From Octopus sinensis (lineage: Eukaryota): 64,000 nucleotides of DNA. The translations under genes were made by a program, and so were the position numbers. Positions 1 to 11,924 of the stretch are shown one piece after another. How positions within the stretch are numbered: position 1 is the first letter of the stretch; the number at the start of each line of letters is the position of its first letter. The stretch covers positions 46,934,001-46,998,000 of the forward strand of contig NC_043009.1 in the NCBI RefSeq assembly GCF_006345805.1, given 5' to 3'. Below the pieces are notes generated by a model that had not been told where the DNA came from, did no database searches, and saw only the letters and a list, made by a program, of their open reading frames with translations.

Positions 1-190
1 TGTGCAAAAACATTTGGAAGACTTATTAATATAGCCATCACTCTCTGTAAGGCAGGCTTGGCTTACCGTGACTGCTGATGCCCAGACACGCGTTGAAACC
101 ACACTACCGACAGATTTTCCTGGATATTGAGCCGTTGTGGTCCCGTTTTTAAGACACGTCTTTCCGCAGCTAATCACTTTGACAGATCTC
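1..190 (+). mobile_element. Possible decayed C-terminal zinc-finger region of an RTE-type LINE
   Basis: Frame 1 reads ...WILSRCGPVFKTRLSAANHFDR with in-frame stops. This loosely resembles the CxxCGRxFxxxxGLxSH tail of RTE ORF2. Weak, by-eye match only. Confidence 0.3.
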
Positions 191-597
191 CTTTCTGAGT
201 AAAGAAAACCCAAAGATAGGGCACCTGGCATTTGAAATGTCTTCAGATATTCACTGCCTACGTTACCAATATACAGAGATCTAATGGAAATAAGAGCGAT
301 GACGTTCTCGGGAAACTCTGGGCGTCGACAAGGGCGAACTAGTTGGTCGGTTTTGGAAGACTTTTGGATCGAGAACTACCATGGATAACTTCCTGGAAAA
401 ATGGAGACCACCTCCTCCTGTGGGATGAAGTTTAAATAATAGACAGAGAACACCACTGGAAAATACGAAAACTAAAAGCAGCACATATGCCAGGACACAA
501 CAACCTCCTAAGCAGACCGAGTGCAGATATGAACAGCATAAGGAAGGATAGGAGAATATTAGATTTATAAGCCCTAAAATTCACTCCATAGTTGCCC

Positions 598-662
598 AAG
601 GGCATATGGCATAGTGGTTAAGAGCGTGGGCTACTAACCCCAGGATTCCGAGTGACCTGAAT

Positions 663-701
<39 letters not shown>

Positions 702-905
702 TAATAATAATAATAATAACGAAAAATACCTTAGGAATGAGAACTCAGGTTCGAAATTTTCCCAAGACACCTGATGAAGGCTGGAGGGAATATCAACCGA
801 AACAAACATGAAGACAAATATCCGTCAAATGTAAATAACGTAAATAATGTACATAATTCCTCATCTCTTAAATATAGAATTTTATTAGTTTTTATTACAT
901 GAGAA
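598..905 (+). mobile_element. Composite repeat: truncated tRNA-like head + (AAT)n + PLE-type tail with hammerhead-like motif
   Basis: A-box TGGCATAGTGG at 607-617, with the head cut off before a B-box. (AAT)n lies at ~662-720. CTGATGA(771-777)-A-GGCTG..CAACC-GAAAC(799-803) follows. Confidence 0.55.
765..803 (+). ncRNA. Hammerhead-ribozyme-like core, truncated (stem III and cleavage site missing)
   Basis: Canonical CUGAUGA and GAAA boxes flank an imperfect stem II (779-784 with 793-798). No NUH or stem I partner follows GAAAC, so this copy is probably dead. Confidence 0.45.
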
Positions 906-974
906 AATGAAAGTAAATCTTCATATTTCAATATAAGCACCAGTAGCGAGAACCAGTCCGGGATATCAGTAAGA

Positions 975-1651
975 ACCTCCTGAATCTGTGTATCCAAGTC
1001 CTCCAGTGTGCGAGGTTTAGTTTGGTACACCTCATCTACTATGTAACCCCACAGGTAAAAATTACATGGAGTGAGATCTGGACTTCTGGACTTCTGCAGT
1101 TACAGCCTTCAGGTTTTAGCTCCTGCACGTAATGGGGTTTCCACAGACGAAAATTCAATTCTTTATGCAACACCGTACGTATTGTGTGTCTTGTTAGTCC
1201 ACTTTTACGAACTATTTATGAGGTATTGATTTCTGGGGGCTGCAATTCAATATTTCTTGTATTGTTGCCACATTCTCCACTGATCGGGATGTGGTTGGAC
1301 GACCACTTCTTGCATTGTTCACAGAACCCGTTGTCATCAGCTTTGCTTAACAACTTTTTATTGTCTCCGGACGTAGCGTTGCACGCTTACCTTTCCATGC
1401 ACGCCACCATCTCTGAACTAAAACAATGGAATTCCACATTCCATAGCGTGCTGCTATCTTAGCTCGCATCTGAACAGTCAAGCAACCGGAAATCTGGAAA
1501 ATAAGAAATAAGAAATAAGGCAATGAAAACATAAGAAATCCCCATTAGTGTTGTCAGGACTTCATTGAAATCCCCATTAGTTTCGTCAGGACTTCATTGA
1601 TCTAAAATTCTATTAGCAATTTCTAATGCCTACTTACTTTCCGCCACCCTG
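975..1651 (-). mobile_element. Internally deleted Tc1/mariner-superfamily transposon
   Basis: Minus strand gives an N-terminal fragment (MRAKIAARYGMWNSIVLVQRWW), the RSPDLTPCNFYLWGY motif (~1050-1095) and a C-terminal YQTKPRTLEDL. The end CAGGGTGG at 1651 abuts TA. A 32-bp tandem duplication sits at ~1536-1599. Confidence 0.7.
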
Positions 1652-2786
1652 TATATATGCTGCTTCAATGAGATTTTAATTATTAAAATTGTTTTCCCTA
1701 GTTTAAGAGCATGGGTTTACCCCTGATGTACGTGTGCGTATTTAGACAGAATATAGAAAAATTAATGCAGCTAAATATTTTTTTCTCACTCTGCTCTTCA
1801 AATTTTGGCCTTAGAGGTTCCTTTTTTTTCCAAAAGCTGATTGATATTCAGAATTCAATGTCGCTATACGGAAAGCGGAATTCCGCTTAGAAACCTTCAA
1901 ACTTCACTGTCGGAAGCAACAGGCTTCTATCTTTAACAAATCAGATGAGTTTGTAGTCTGGAGAATTCTTAGCACACAGCCATTAATTGAAAACCTTCGT
2001 TTCTAAGTTAATATTTCAGTTCATTTTCTTTTTTAAAACATTTAAAATGATGATGTAGGAAACGCCACTTATATGAACCTTGAATCATTTGGCATTTTAT
2101 ATCTATACAAAAGGTTTTATCAGCTATTTAGATGTATCAAATAGCTTAAGCAGACTAATAGAACAAAAGTTATGTAGTGAAATAAAACAATATAATAGTA
2201 TTTATTTTTTCATTTTTTCATCTGATTTTTAATTTTAGACGAAAAGCTGAATTATATTGAGAAAAATCATCTAATTTTTATTGTTATTCCTGAAAACAAA
2301 AATGAGTTTAGAAACGAAACTGATTGGCAAGAACAATGTAAAATGTCTACTCTCGTGACGAATGAAAGGTTTCAGAAATTACTGGTACTACTATTCTTTT
2401 ATATATGAAGATTTTCAATCGTCTTTCGGGCCTCAGTAAAGGAGTTGTAATTAAAAATTTAAGCTAAAAACTAAAAAGTAAAGTATCTTTCACTTAACTA
2501 CTAAACAATAACTATATATGTTTAAACATACATACCTGCGCATAAAGTGGCAGATACATACGCACACATACGCACACTCATATGTGCATACATTCATCCA
2601 TGTACATGTCTTCGTATACACGCATATGTGTACGTATAGATATCTACATGTATGTGATAGTTTCTCTCATGGCAACAACCGCAGTAAAGCTTGTTCTTAT
2701 AGAACATCCACCTTTAAGTGGGGATAAATATATTACTTCGCGATATTAATACTGCCTCTGTCACTAATATATATATATATATATAT

Positions 2787-2983
2787 ATGACTTCGTGTGT
2801 ACCGTTGGTGATTTTTTTCGTCTGTCTTCCCTTCTCGGGATCTTTCCTTCTCCTATGTTTCCGACGAAGAGCTCCGCTCGAAACGTTGTACCCTCCGTCT
2901 TCCCTTCTTTCCTGAGCGTCCAATAATACTATATTTGTTCCACGTCCTCGCGTTGTTGTGTTTTTTGTGTTTTTTGTTTGGAT

Positions 2984-2988
<5 letters not shown>
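2787..2988 (+). mobile_element. ~200-bp PLE-type non-autonomous repeat, family 2, with minimal hammerhead-like motif
   Basis: Highly similar to 39322-39530 and flanked by (TA)n on both sides. Motif CCGACGA-A-GAGC-TCC-GCTC-GAAA-CG-TT at 2861-2887. Confidence 0.6.
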
Positions 2989-3037
<49 letters not shown>

Positions 3038-5056
3038 CAAGCTAACTAGCTAATCGCAACACTAGTACCTGTTCTGTCACTGTCAATCTGTATATCGCTG
3101 GTGGGGAAATGTATCGCTGCTATCTCTAGCGGTCGAGTGCCCATCATTGATATAATAATATGTATTATACGTAGGCGCATATGAATACATAGATGCGAAC
3201 ATGCACTCACACTTACAGGCATGCGTAGAAAATTTATTCACACGAGAAATGTGTACGTTTAATGATAACACACAACCACACAGAAAACGAAACGTATAAA
3301 CACGCATACACAGCCATATAACAACATAAGTGGTTTTCTCTGTATTATCTACTCTTTCTTCCTTTCCTTCTTCTCAAGATTCTTCTTCTATCCATCGAAG
3401 ATCCATGCTCGAAACGTCATATCTATTTTTCCATCTAAAACGTTTAGTAAGTGTCAATCTGATATATTCACTGTGTACGGCCACTAATCTTTTACAAGTT
3501 TTTTTTTGTGTCTACATACATGTACGCACAATTTCCTATGGGTGACTCTTTTTGCTCAGTAACATGAGGCAAAGAAGGGGCTTCCACATGCTCTTTTAGC
3601 ATGCTACAAATGGAAGTCACATCGCTTTCAAATAACATTATATCGTCTTGAAGAGAAAGCAAGATTCGATAATATCGTTCTGGGAAAGCTGAGCTGTTTC
3701 TAAGATAGAGACGTTCATCACATTTATGTTTGATCGCTAATGACGCGTCTCCAGCGCTGGTTGACCTGCTAAGAATAGCAACCAAAGATGCATGCAGTCA
3801 CACCCTACAGTTTTGAGAAAGACTGTAGTATGGAATTTAGTCCCTCATTTCTTATATACAAAAAGACATCTCGACTGGAAGATTTTAATAAAAAGATGTT
3901 TTTTTGCTATCAGTCAGATCTCTCCAGGTATTAATGAACAGCTTGCTTTCGAGAGAACGAGAAACCATATGTGTCCGTAATTTTCAACTGTTTCTTGGGC
4001 GTTTATAACATCGGCTACATTATTTTGTTATTTTGTCAAAGTGTTATCTTTGAGATACCTTGTTAGTGCTAATCATTCATACTATTCGTCTGAAAGAAAC
4101 TTTAAATCGATTTAAAACTTAATATTTGCTTTATTATTATATGGTGACTGTATGCATATGCTTCTGTTTAAATCAGAACAAGGACGAGATAAAGTTAAAA
4201 GCGAGAGCATTATGTTTTGTTTTGATTTCTAAAAATTTTGAATATGAATATTGAAAATGAAAGGAAAATTAAATTTTACTGCCTGCCTGTTAATTTTTTC
4301 ACTTGTTATTATGTATTTTTATTTTTATTTTCATTTTCATGAATTTTCAAGTAAAACGTGTTTTGAGTCTCGTGTGAATTCAAATCAGCTAAAAAAAAAT
4401 GAGAAAATGAAATCTAATGGACAAGTTTAAGTTGGAACCATTTTAAAAGTGTGGCAGCTATTTGCCTTCAATGTTATTCGATTAAAAATGCGATGTCATT
4501 TTATCTGTGCTTTCGTGAACAGATCGGTCTTACGAACCTACAGAAGCCAACAGCTCAGCAAGCAGTTTGTTTCGATAACGACAAAACGAACCAACCTCTA
4601 AATCTTGAATGTCTTTCTCTTAGAGGATTCAAATCGTATGCCTGAATAGAGGATAGCTTTATATCTTGATGCACTGTTGCCTCCAGTAGCATGACATAAG
4701 AATTCCTTCCATTCATCCTTTAGCACTCCAGTTTCGATACCTACAAAGGTCATGGCTGCTGCACTTCTTCCTCCAAATACTTATGCCATAAAATACTATT
4801 TTTTTTAATATACTTCATTATGATTGAGTAGCATTATTTTTAGATATCAATATATACATTTCATTGATTCACAATCTCATATTTACGAGTATGTATATGC
4901 CAATATCAATCCGTATGAGATAGGCTTAATAGAATGTGTGTATATATCTAAGAGACAACAGTAACAGGTGAAGGTGGAGGCTATAATGAATAAAGTATCT
5001 CTCTTTTAGAGTATGAAATTCTCTGAAATGATTTTCAATGTTTTATAGCATTTTAA

Positions 5057-5271
5057 GGGGCGAGCTGGCAGAATCGTTAGCACGCCGAGCAAAATGCTTA
5101 GCGTTATTTCGTCGGTCTTTACCTTCTGGGTTCAAATGCCACCCAAATCGACTTTGCCGTTCATCCTTTCGAGGTCGATAAAAGAAGTACCAGTTGAGCA
5201 CTGGAGTCGATGTAATTGACTTAGCCTTTACTCCAAAATTGCCGGCCTTGTACCAAAATTTGAAGCCAATA
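5057..5271 (+). mobile_element. tRNA-derived SINE, family A
   Basis: Head GGCGAGCTGGCAGAATCGTTAGC, B-box-like GGTTCAAAT, and core TCGACTTTGCC.TTCATCCTTTCG.GGTCGATAAA..AAGTACCAG shared with at least five other copies in the window. Confidence 0.85.
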
Positions 5272-5682
5272 CTTTTCTGCATGATTAATATGCCATAATT
5301 CAGCTATTTTAAAAGATAATTTAATATTTCTAATGTAAAAGAAAAATATTCAAATTCTGTCTCACTTGCTATATTCGGTTCGATTTTCAATCAGAAACGA
5401 CATCTACAAACAGTCAAACTCACAATGGAAGAGACGATAATTACCTATCATAGAGATGTATTCGTATTAGGAACTTCAATTCATGTCGAGCTACATTATT
5501 TCCGTATGTTTATTTCCGTATGTTTGTATTTTATAAGTTTTACATGAGCGTGTGAACAAAGTTTATAGAACCTCGTGGGACTTGAAACAAGAAATAGAAT
5601 TTCACATTTTAATATTAACTGTAGAACTTCTTAATGTGTGAAAGAAGTATATATATGTGTGTGTGTATGCGTGCGTGCATGC

Positions 5683-5725
<43 letters not shown>

Positions 5726-6771
5726 TGAGTATGAACACTTCGAGGCATATTAAGTGTAGTTTTGAAATGAAAATAATTACTAACTGTCAACGTAAACCAG
5801 TACAAGTTTATCATAAAATCGTGAAGTTTGCATAATATCTATCAGTATAAATTCTATCTAAACATACCATAAAAGCTAATACTAAGTTCTTATAATATAA
5901 ATCTTATTATATAAGTTTCTTATCTTATAGACGCCTACGAAACCATAGGAATCATAACGTAACCAGTATTATCTCACAGACAACTTACATGTAGAATTAC
6001 GCCACTATCCTTATTCATTTAATATGTACCAGTTGCCAGGAATTTGTTTAATATGGAAATTGGTCTATCCAGTTGTGTTACACCGCTAAACTTTTTGAGT
6101 ATTTAAACAATGTATTTGTGGATAGTTGACGTGTTGGATGTGATACTGATGAAAGTGTAATAATTCTTGAAACATGTATATTCAGTACACCCCATATCTA
6201 TTTTTTATATATTCGATCGCATTCTTTGCATAAATATATTCGTTTATGAAAGTTCGTAATTTGCAGTGCCAGCTCTAAATTCTATAGAAAATCTAGACAA
6301 ACTATAAAAAAGATGAGAAAATCGCACTGTAAACACAATGACACAACATTTACTTGTAAACCTGTAGTATACAGTTGTTGCAAAACGAAACGCAGTGTCC
6401 TTGCCAGCGATTCATAACTATGAAATAGCAACTAAACATTGTCATTAATCCAAACAACTCTAGCCTTGTGATCATTATATCATGCGTAAGATTATTTCAA
6501 ATGATGACATGGCATCTTTAAATATATGCTTCAGCCTGTATAAGCTTTTGTCACGATCTTCATACAACTTGGCTATATTTGCTGCATACACACACACAAC
6601 ACATACGCACGCACGCACGCACACACACACACACACACAAACATACATACATACACACACATTTTATGCGTAGTTCAGCTTTTCTCTGTGATAACCTGTC
6701 AATTTATCCATACTTATCCGAGATGATGTTATGAAAACTTCACCGAAACGGGAGAGAAATATTTTTAGTTA

Positions 6772-7729
6772 TGTAGGGACCTCGCTCGGCGCTGCCTAAG
6801 ATTTGAATCTAAATCTATCCGTATGTTGCTTGTCAAAACAAGCAGGAAATCCACCCCACACCAGGTGATTGATGAGGTAACACTTGACTCTCAAGGACCT
6901 GTGCTGGTCAAGAAAAGGTCAGTTCTTTGTTTAGGGTTTAACCTATATTACTGACCATAGTCTATATAATAAAGAGCATTTCCTATCTCTTTCTCTTTTG
7001 TGTCAGTCAGACCAAAGAGCAATACCCTCTTTTGTGTCAGCCATGACCAAGCAATTGTAGCGGCTGAAGTGACATGCCATATCAGGTCGATATGATGTAG
7101 CCCACTACCAAATCTAGCGTGTAGGTGTAACGCTTGAGGGTTCTCGCATCCGAGTAACCAGTAAACATCGAAGAATCGATACCAAGAAGGAAGAAATATT
7201 ATTTACATATATTTATTCGTTTGCCCGACAGATAGTTAGAGAGTCAGTAGTAATTTTAGTGATAATGACAAAAAGGTTGGCTCGCTGGTTAGTAGATGAT
7301 AGTGTAGAAGTTGCTGTCAGTAGAGAGTGAAAAAATAAGGAATGCACGGTGCTGACTAGAAAGGAAGAAAGGATAAAGATGGCATTGTCTTTCTTGCGGC
7401 CGAAAGCTTCTCTTCGTATATCGAGCGATGGGCGAAGGGAAGTGCTGCTCTTGGTCATTGCAGATGCAGAAGAGGATGCTGCTCCTTGATCTGGCTGACA
7501 CAAAAGAGGAAGAGGTCGGAAATAATCTCTGTTACATAGACTATCGTCAGTAATGTAGGTCAAACCTTAAACAAAGGACTGACATTTCTTTAACCAGCAG
7601 AGGTCCTTGGGGTTCAAGTGTTTCCTCATCATTCACCTGGTGTGGAGTGGATTTCCCGCTTGTTTTGACAAGCAGCAAGTGGGTAGATTTGGTTTCAAAT
7701 CTCAGGCAGGACCATACGAGGTCTCTACA
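6772..7729. mobile_element. Non-autonomous DNA transposon with ~185-bp TIRs, TGT...ACA ends and 4-bp TSD (Ginger-like)
   Basis: 6772-6957 is a diverged inverted repeat of ~7546-7729. Ends are TGTAG...CTACA. GTTA is duplicated at 6768-6771 and 7730-7733. Confidence 0.7.
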
Positions 7730-7750
7730 GTTATATGTGTACAAAGAAAA

Positions 7751-7981
7751 GGCGGCGAGCTGGCAGAAACGTTAGCGCGCAGGACGAAATGCTTAGCGGT
7801 ATTTCATCAATCGTTACGTTCTGAGTTCAAATTCCGCCGAGGTCGACTTTGCCTTTCATCCTTTCAGGGTCGATAAATAAAGTACCAGTTTCGCACTGGG
7901 GTCGATGTAATCGACTTAATCAATTTGTCTGTCCCTGTTTGTCCCCTCTATGTTTAGCCCCTTGAGGGTAGTAAAGAAATA
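7751..7981 (+). mobile_element. tRNA-derived SINE, family A (full length)
   Basis: GGCGGCGAGCTGGCAGAAACGTTAGC head, GAGTTCAAATTCC B-box and family core. Confidence 0.9.
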
Positions 7982-8051
7982 TATATTTGTACAAAGAAAC
8001 GTAACCTCAATGAAATTCTATATAATCCGTCTCAGATTTACTATAGACATT

Positions 8052-8437
8052 GCGAGGGCACTCCGTCGGTTACGACGACGAGGGTTCCGGTTGATCCGAA
8101 TCAACGGAACAGCCTGCTCGTGAAATTAACGTGTAAGTGGTTGAGCACTCCACAGACACGTGTACCCTTAACGTAGTTCTCGGGGATATTCAGCGTGACA
8201 CAGAGAATGACAAGGCCGGCCCTTTGAAATACAGGTACAACAGAAACAGGAAGTAAGAGTGAGAGAAAGTTGTGGTGAAAGAGTACAGCAGGGATCACCA
8301 CCATCCCCTGCCGGAGCCTCGTGGAGCTTTAGGTGTTTTCGCTCAATAAACACTCACAACGCCCGGTCTGGGAATCGAAACCGCGATTCTATGACCGCGA
8401 GTCCGCTGCCCTAACCACTGGGCCATTGCGCCTCCAC
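8052..8437 (-). mobile_element. tRNA-derived SINE, family B (Arg-like head), full length with 13-bp TSD
   Basis: Near-identical to 19128-19508 (-) and 52816-53209 (+). TACTATAGACATT is duplicated at 8039-8051 and 8438-8450. Confidence 0.92.
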
Positions 8438-8951
8438 TACTATAGACATTATGCTATGAATAAAACCCCCGGAAGAATTTATGAGCGATACAAGGGGAGG
8501 CAGCTTAGATCCACGTATTTTAACAATTCACCTTATCAACGCAGCAACCATTTAAAGAAAACCGTTTTTTCCTCGCAATACTATTCTAAAAGTTCATGAG
8601 TAAATTAATAACTCTTAGTTTTGTGTTCAAATCTAATTAACAGGAATAGGAAGGGAACACAGTTTTTTTATATTTTACTTATACAGTAGTGATATATATG
8701 AGTTAAAACGAATTAAAAGTACAGGAATATGTGAAGGGAGTGTTGTCAGTTGAATATATGTTTGTACTGTCACGATTTCATTAATACTGTCTTTTTTTGT
8801 TCCTCAACTATTTTCAGATATCGTAGCACCATGTGAAACGAGCAACAGAATGGAAGCCTCTTTCTGGAAATTTATCAAATGAACGCAGAAACCTTGTAAA
8901 TAAACACACACGCAAACATGCACATGTATATAGACATATAGACATATAAAT

Positions 8952-8954
<3 letters not shown>

Positions 8955-9028
<74 letters not shown>
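8955..9028. repeat. (GATA)n microsatellite ~130 bp upstream of the GPCR start codon
   Basis: Direct reading. Confidence 0.95.
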
Positions 9029-9029
<1 letters not shown>

Positions 9030-9161
9030 GTCGCAAGATACATATTATACAACAACGTATAAACTCATTTATAAGATAAAAACAGAGTTAACTGCAACAA
9101 GTTTCTTAACTCTTATAAATTGTACCGTAAATAATTAAGGAACTAAACTACATATATCACC

Positions 9162-10026
9162 ATGGATAATGATTTCAAACAATTAATAGCGAAATTAAAT
9201 GATTCCGTTCTGATTGATAAACTGTTACAAGGAATGCATATTTCCTGGGAAGAATCTATGCAGCCTGATTTGAACCACATAAAACTTGGTCCTAAACGAG
9301 AGGAATTAACTAAGGTTATTCCCATGACAATTGTCTACAGCATAATATTTTTCACTGGAATTATAGGAAATGTGTGTACTTGTATTGTTATTGCTAAAGC
9401 AAAATATATGCGAACTACGACAAATATTTACTTGTTCAATTTGGCGGTTGCCGATTTACTTGTTCTTATTCTCGGCCTTCCTTTCGAGATCTACACATTT
9501 TGGTCAGCTTACCCTTGGATTTTCGGGGAGGCGTTTTGCTACCTCCGAAACATGGCATCTGAAACAACAACATGCGCATCTGTTCTGACGATAACAGCAT
9601 TCACAATTGAAAGATACATGGCATTTTGTCACCCGACAAAGGCGCCATCTATATCAAATTTAACTCGTGTTACTAAAATATTGGTAGTGATTTGGTTTCT
9701 TTCTGGATTACTCGCAATACCGCTAACAGTTCAATTTGGTATTGTCTACGTAAAAGATGAAAAAAATAAATCTATTAAAGAATCGGCTCAATGTACGCTA
9801 AAACAAATTGACCATTCCAGTCCACTCTTTGGTATTTCAGCGTTTTTGTTTTTCATTCTACCAATGACCATTATTAGCGTTATGTATGTTTGTATTGCAC
9901 TGGCTATTCGGAGGTCAACACTGCAGAGATCTCTTTCGGATCGTTCTGCTAATAGAAAAGGCTATCCAACATGCTTCCCAGGTGACAGGCAGAGTCAGGC
10001 CAGAAAAGCTGTCGTCAAAATGCTAG
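9162..10026 (+). CDS. Neuropeptide GPCR (PRXamide/pyrokinin/capa/neuromedin-U receptor-like), coding exon 1: N-terminus to the end of ICL3
   Basis: Good Kozak context (CACCATGG). LGPKR precedes TM1, then GN (TM1), NLAVADLL (TM2), YPWIFG..C, ERY (TM3) and FFILPM (TM5). The exon ends at KML-G|GTGAGT, a phase-1 donor at 10027. Confidence 0.93.
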
Positions 10027-10532
10027 GTGAGTCAAAATCTTTTTCTTATTTCTGAAGAATTTAAAATGATTTCCATTTCTTCCATAGATACAAGGTCATA
10101 TGTTTGAATAAAATCACAGTCGTATAAATCAATTCCAGTATTTCGCAGATATTTGTTTTATCGTTATTGGAATAGTGAAAACAATGTCGGCCCTGAAGGA
10201 AATTGAGCTCAGAAACGTAAAGATAAGCAACTGTATGGCGCGGCAGAGTGTATCCACCATTCTACTAACTGTGTTAAGTCATCATTTTTGAATCAACTTT
10301 AATAATATTAAATTGAATTCGATATTCTTGAGGGATATTGATACGTTTTGATATTATCTTTTGATCTTATTACTCTCACCGTCGTAATTATTTCCAACCA
10401 TTTGTTAAATATTTTCGCCTCGTCGGTATATTTTCCTATTCAAAAAATTTGCATGAATTATATTTTCATACATATTCATAGACATATGCGTGTCGGTATA
10501 CTTACATAAACATACAAGCGCACACACACACA

Positions 10533-10570
<38 letters not shown>

Positions 10571-11104
10571 TCATTTAATGTACAAAGTATAAAGACACGA
10601 GCTACTAATAGTTTCTTGCTGTAAAAACGCGTGTCTAGGCAGGGCTTTATAACACGCCTTGCATCTCAAAGCAATATCAAGGCTCTGAGCCTTGGTCTGT
10701 TCTCTTTGGAAATCAGGTCACAGGTACATGAGAACTAACGAGAAGAAAAACAGGAAGAAGTGTGATTTAAAATGTGGGAGGGTGAACAAAAATGGAAAAA
10801 GAAAAAGAAAGAAAAAGATTGGAGTTATGTTCCCTTTGACCGTAAAAATTAGTTGTTGTCGAATAATTCAACGGAGAGAGGGTCAAAAATCTGTAAGACA
10901 GCTGTCAATTCAAAGAAGGTGGTGTTCCCCAGTTCGGCAAAAGAAATTTGACCATATGCTCGTATTTGCTGAAAAATTTTGGATGTGTTCTGATTAGTAC
11001 TACGACAGAACGGAGCAAGGGGAAACATGTTGGATAAAGAATCGCTGAAAAGATCACAGGTTATGTGACGAAAAAGCTTAGATAAAGGACGCAAAAATAT
11101 ATAA

Positions 11105-11124
11105 GAAATAATAATGATAATAAA

Positions 11125-11168
<44 letters not shown>

Positions 11169-11184
11169 CAACAATAATGATAAC

Positions 11185-11240
<56 letters not shown>

Positions 11241-11280
11241 TAATGATGACAATAATAATAATAATAACAATAACAATAAC

Positions 11281-11340
<60 letters not shown>

Positions 11341-11342
11341 TA
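11105..11342. repeat. (AAT)n/(AAC)n microsatellite
   Basis: Direct reading; source of the poly-I/poly-L ORFs. Confidence 0.95.
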
Positions 11343-11897
11343 TGCCCTGATGCAGTACCAGGCAGTGGCTATCATGGCTTCTGGTCTTAACTGATTGGAA
11401 GTGTTATCATGTACATTGTTTTGTCTTGATATAAAAGATGGGCTACAGCAAATATTCTGCTCAATACCACAGATTTGCTTGTCAGTTGTTTGACCATAAC
11501 CAGTTGAGCATGTCCCTTAGTGGCTGACGATATGTGCATCTCTGATCACGAGCAGAAGTAGTGGGGGAGCATCATAGCCATGTGTTGAGAGGGATTCTTT
11601 GGGGTTTGAATAATTCACCTCTGGAAACATGGGTGGTTCTTTCAACATCCTTAAACAACCTTTATTCAGGGACCTTTTAAGCAGGTTGGGTTACTCGACT
11701 AGGAGAAAATTCTAACTGGGCCCCCACCTGCAAGGTCACGCGCTGTTTATCTTGATATGAGATCACCATGTCGCGCACATATGGTTGTGATGCATGTGCC
11801 TGGTGTACTTTATCAGACGGGTAGTCATGATGGGTATATTGGGCTTCGTATATTTTACCCCAGTGTCACTTTAATGGCATGAACTGCTCTCTCACTC
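11343..11897. mobile_element. Unclassified ~550-bp higher-GC segment bracketed by (AAT)n, probably an interspersed repeat
   Basis: Sharp compositional boundaries with (AAT)n on both sides and no ORF. Only one copy in this window, so repeat status is inferred. Confidence 0.4.
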
Positions 11898-11924
11898 AAT
11901 AATAATAATAATAATAATAACTCA

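Noticed and set aside
8790-8900. Strong splice-acceptor-like site at 8817 (and another at 60509) as 5' UTR exons
   Set aside because: Plausible, but no convincing donor or transcript evidence is available from the sequence alone.
10027-10055. GPCR ORF ending GESKSFSYF* as a complete 5-TM protein
   Set aside because: This is read-through past a consensus GTGAGT donor; TM6-7 are in the downstream exon.
11343-11420. Possible HDV-like ribozyme at the start of the unclassified element
   Set aside because: I could not assemble the nested double pseudoknot by eye; only a simple hairpin is evident.
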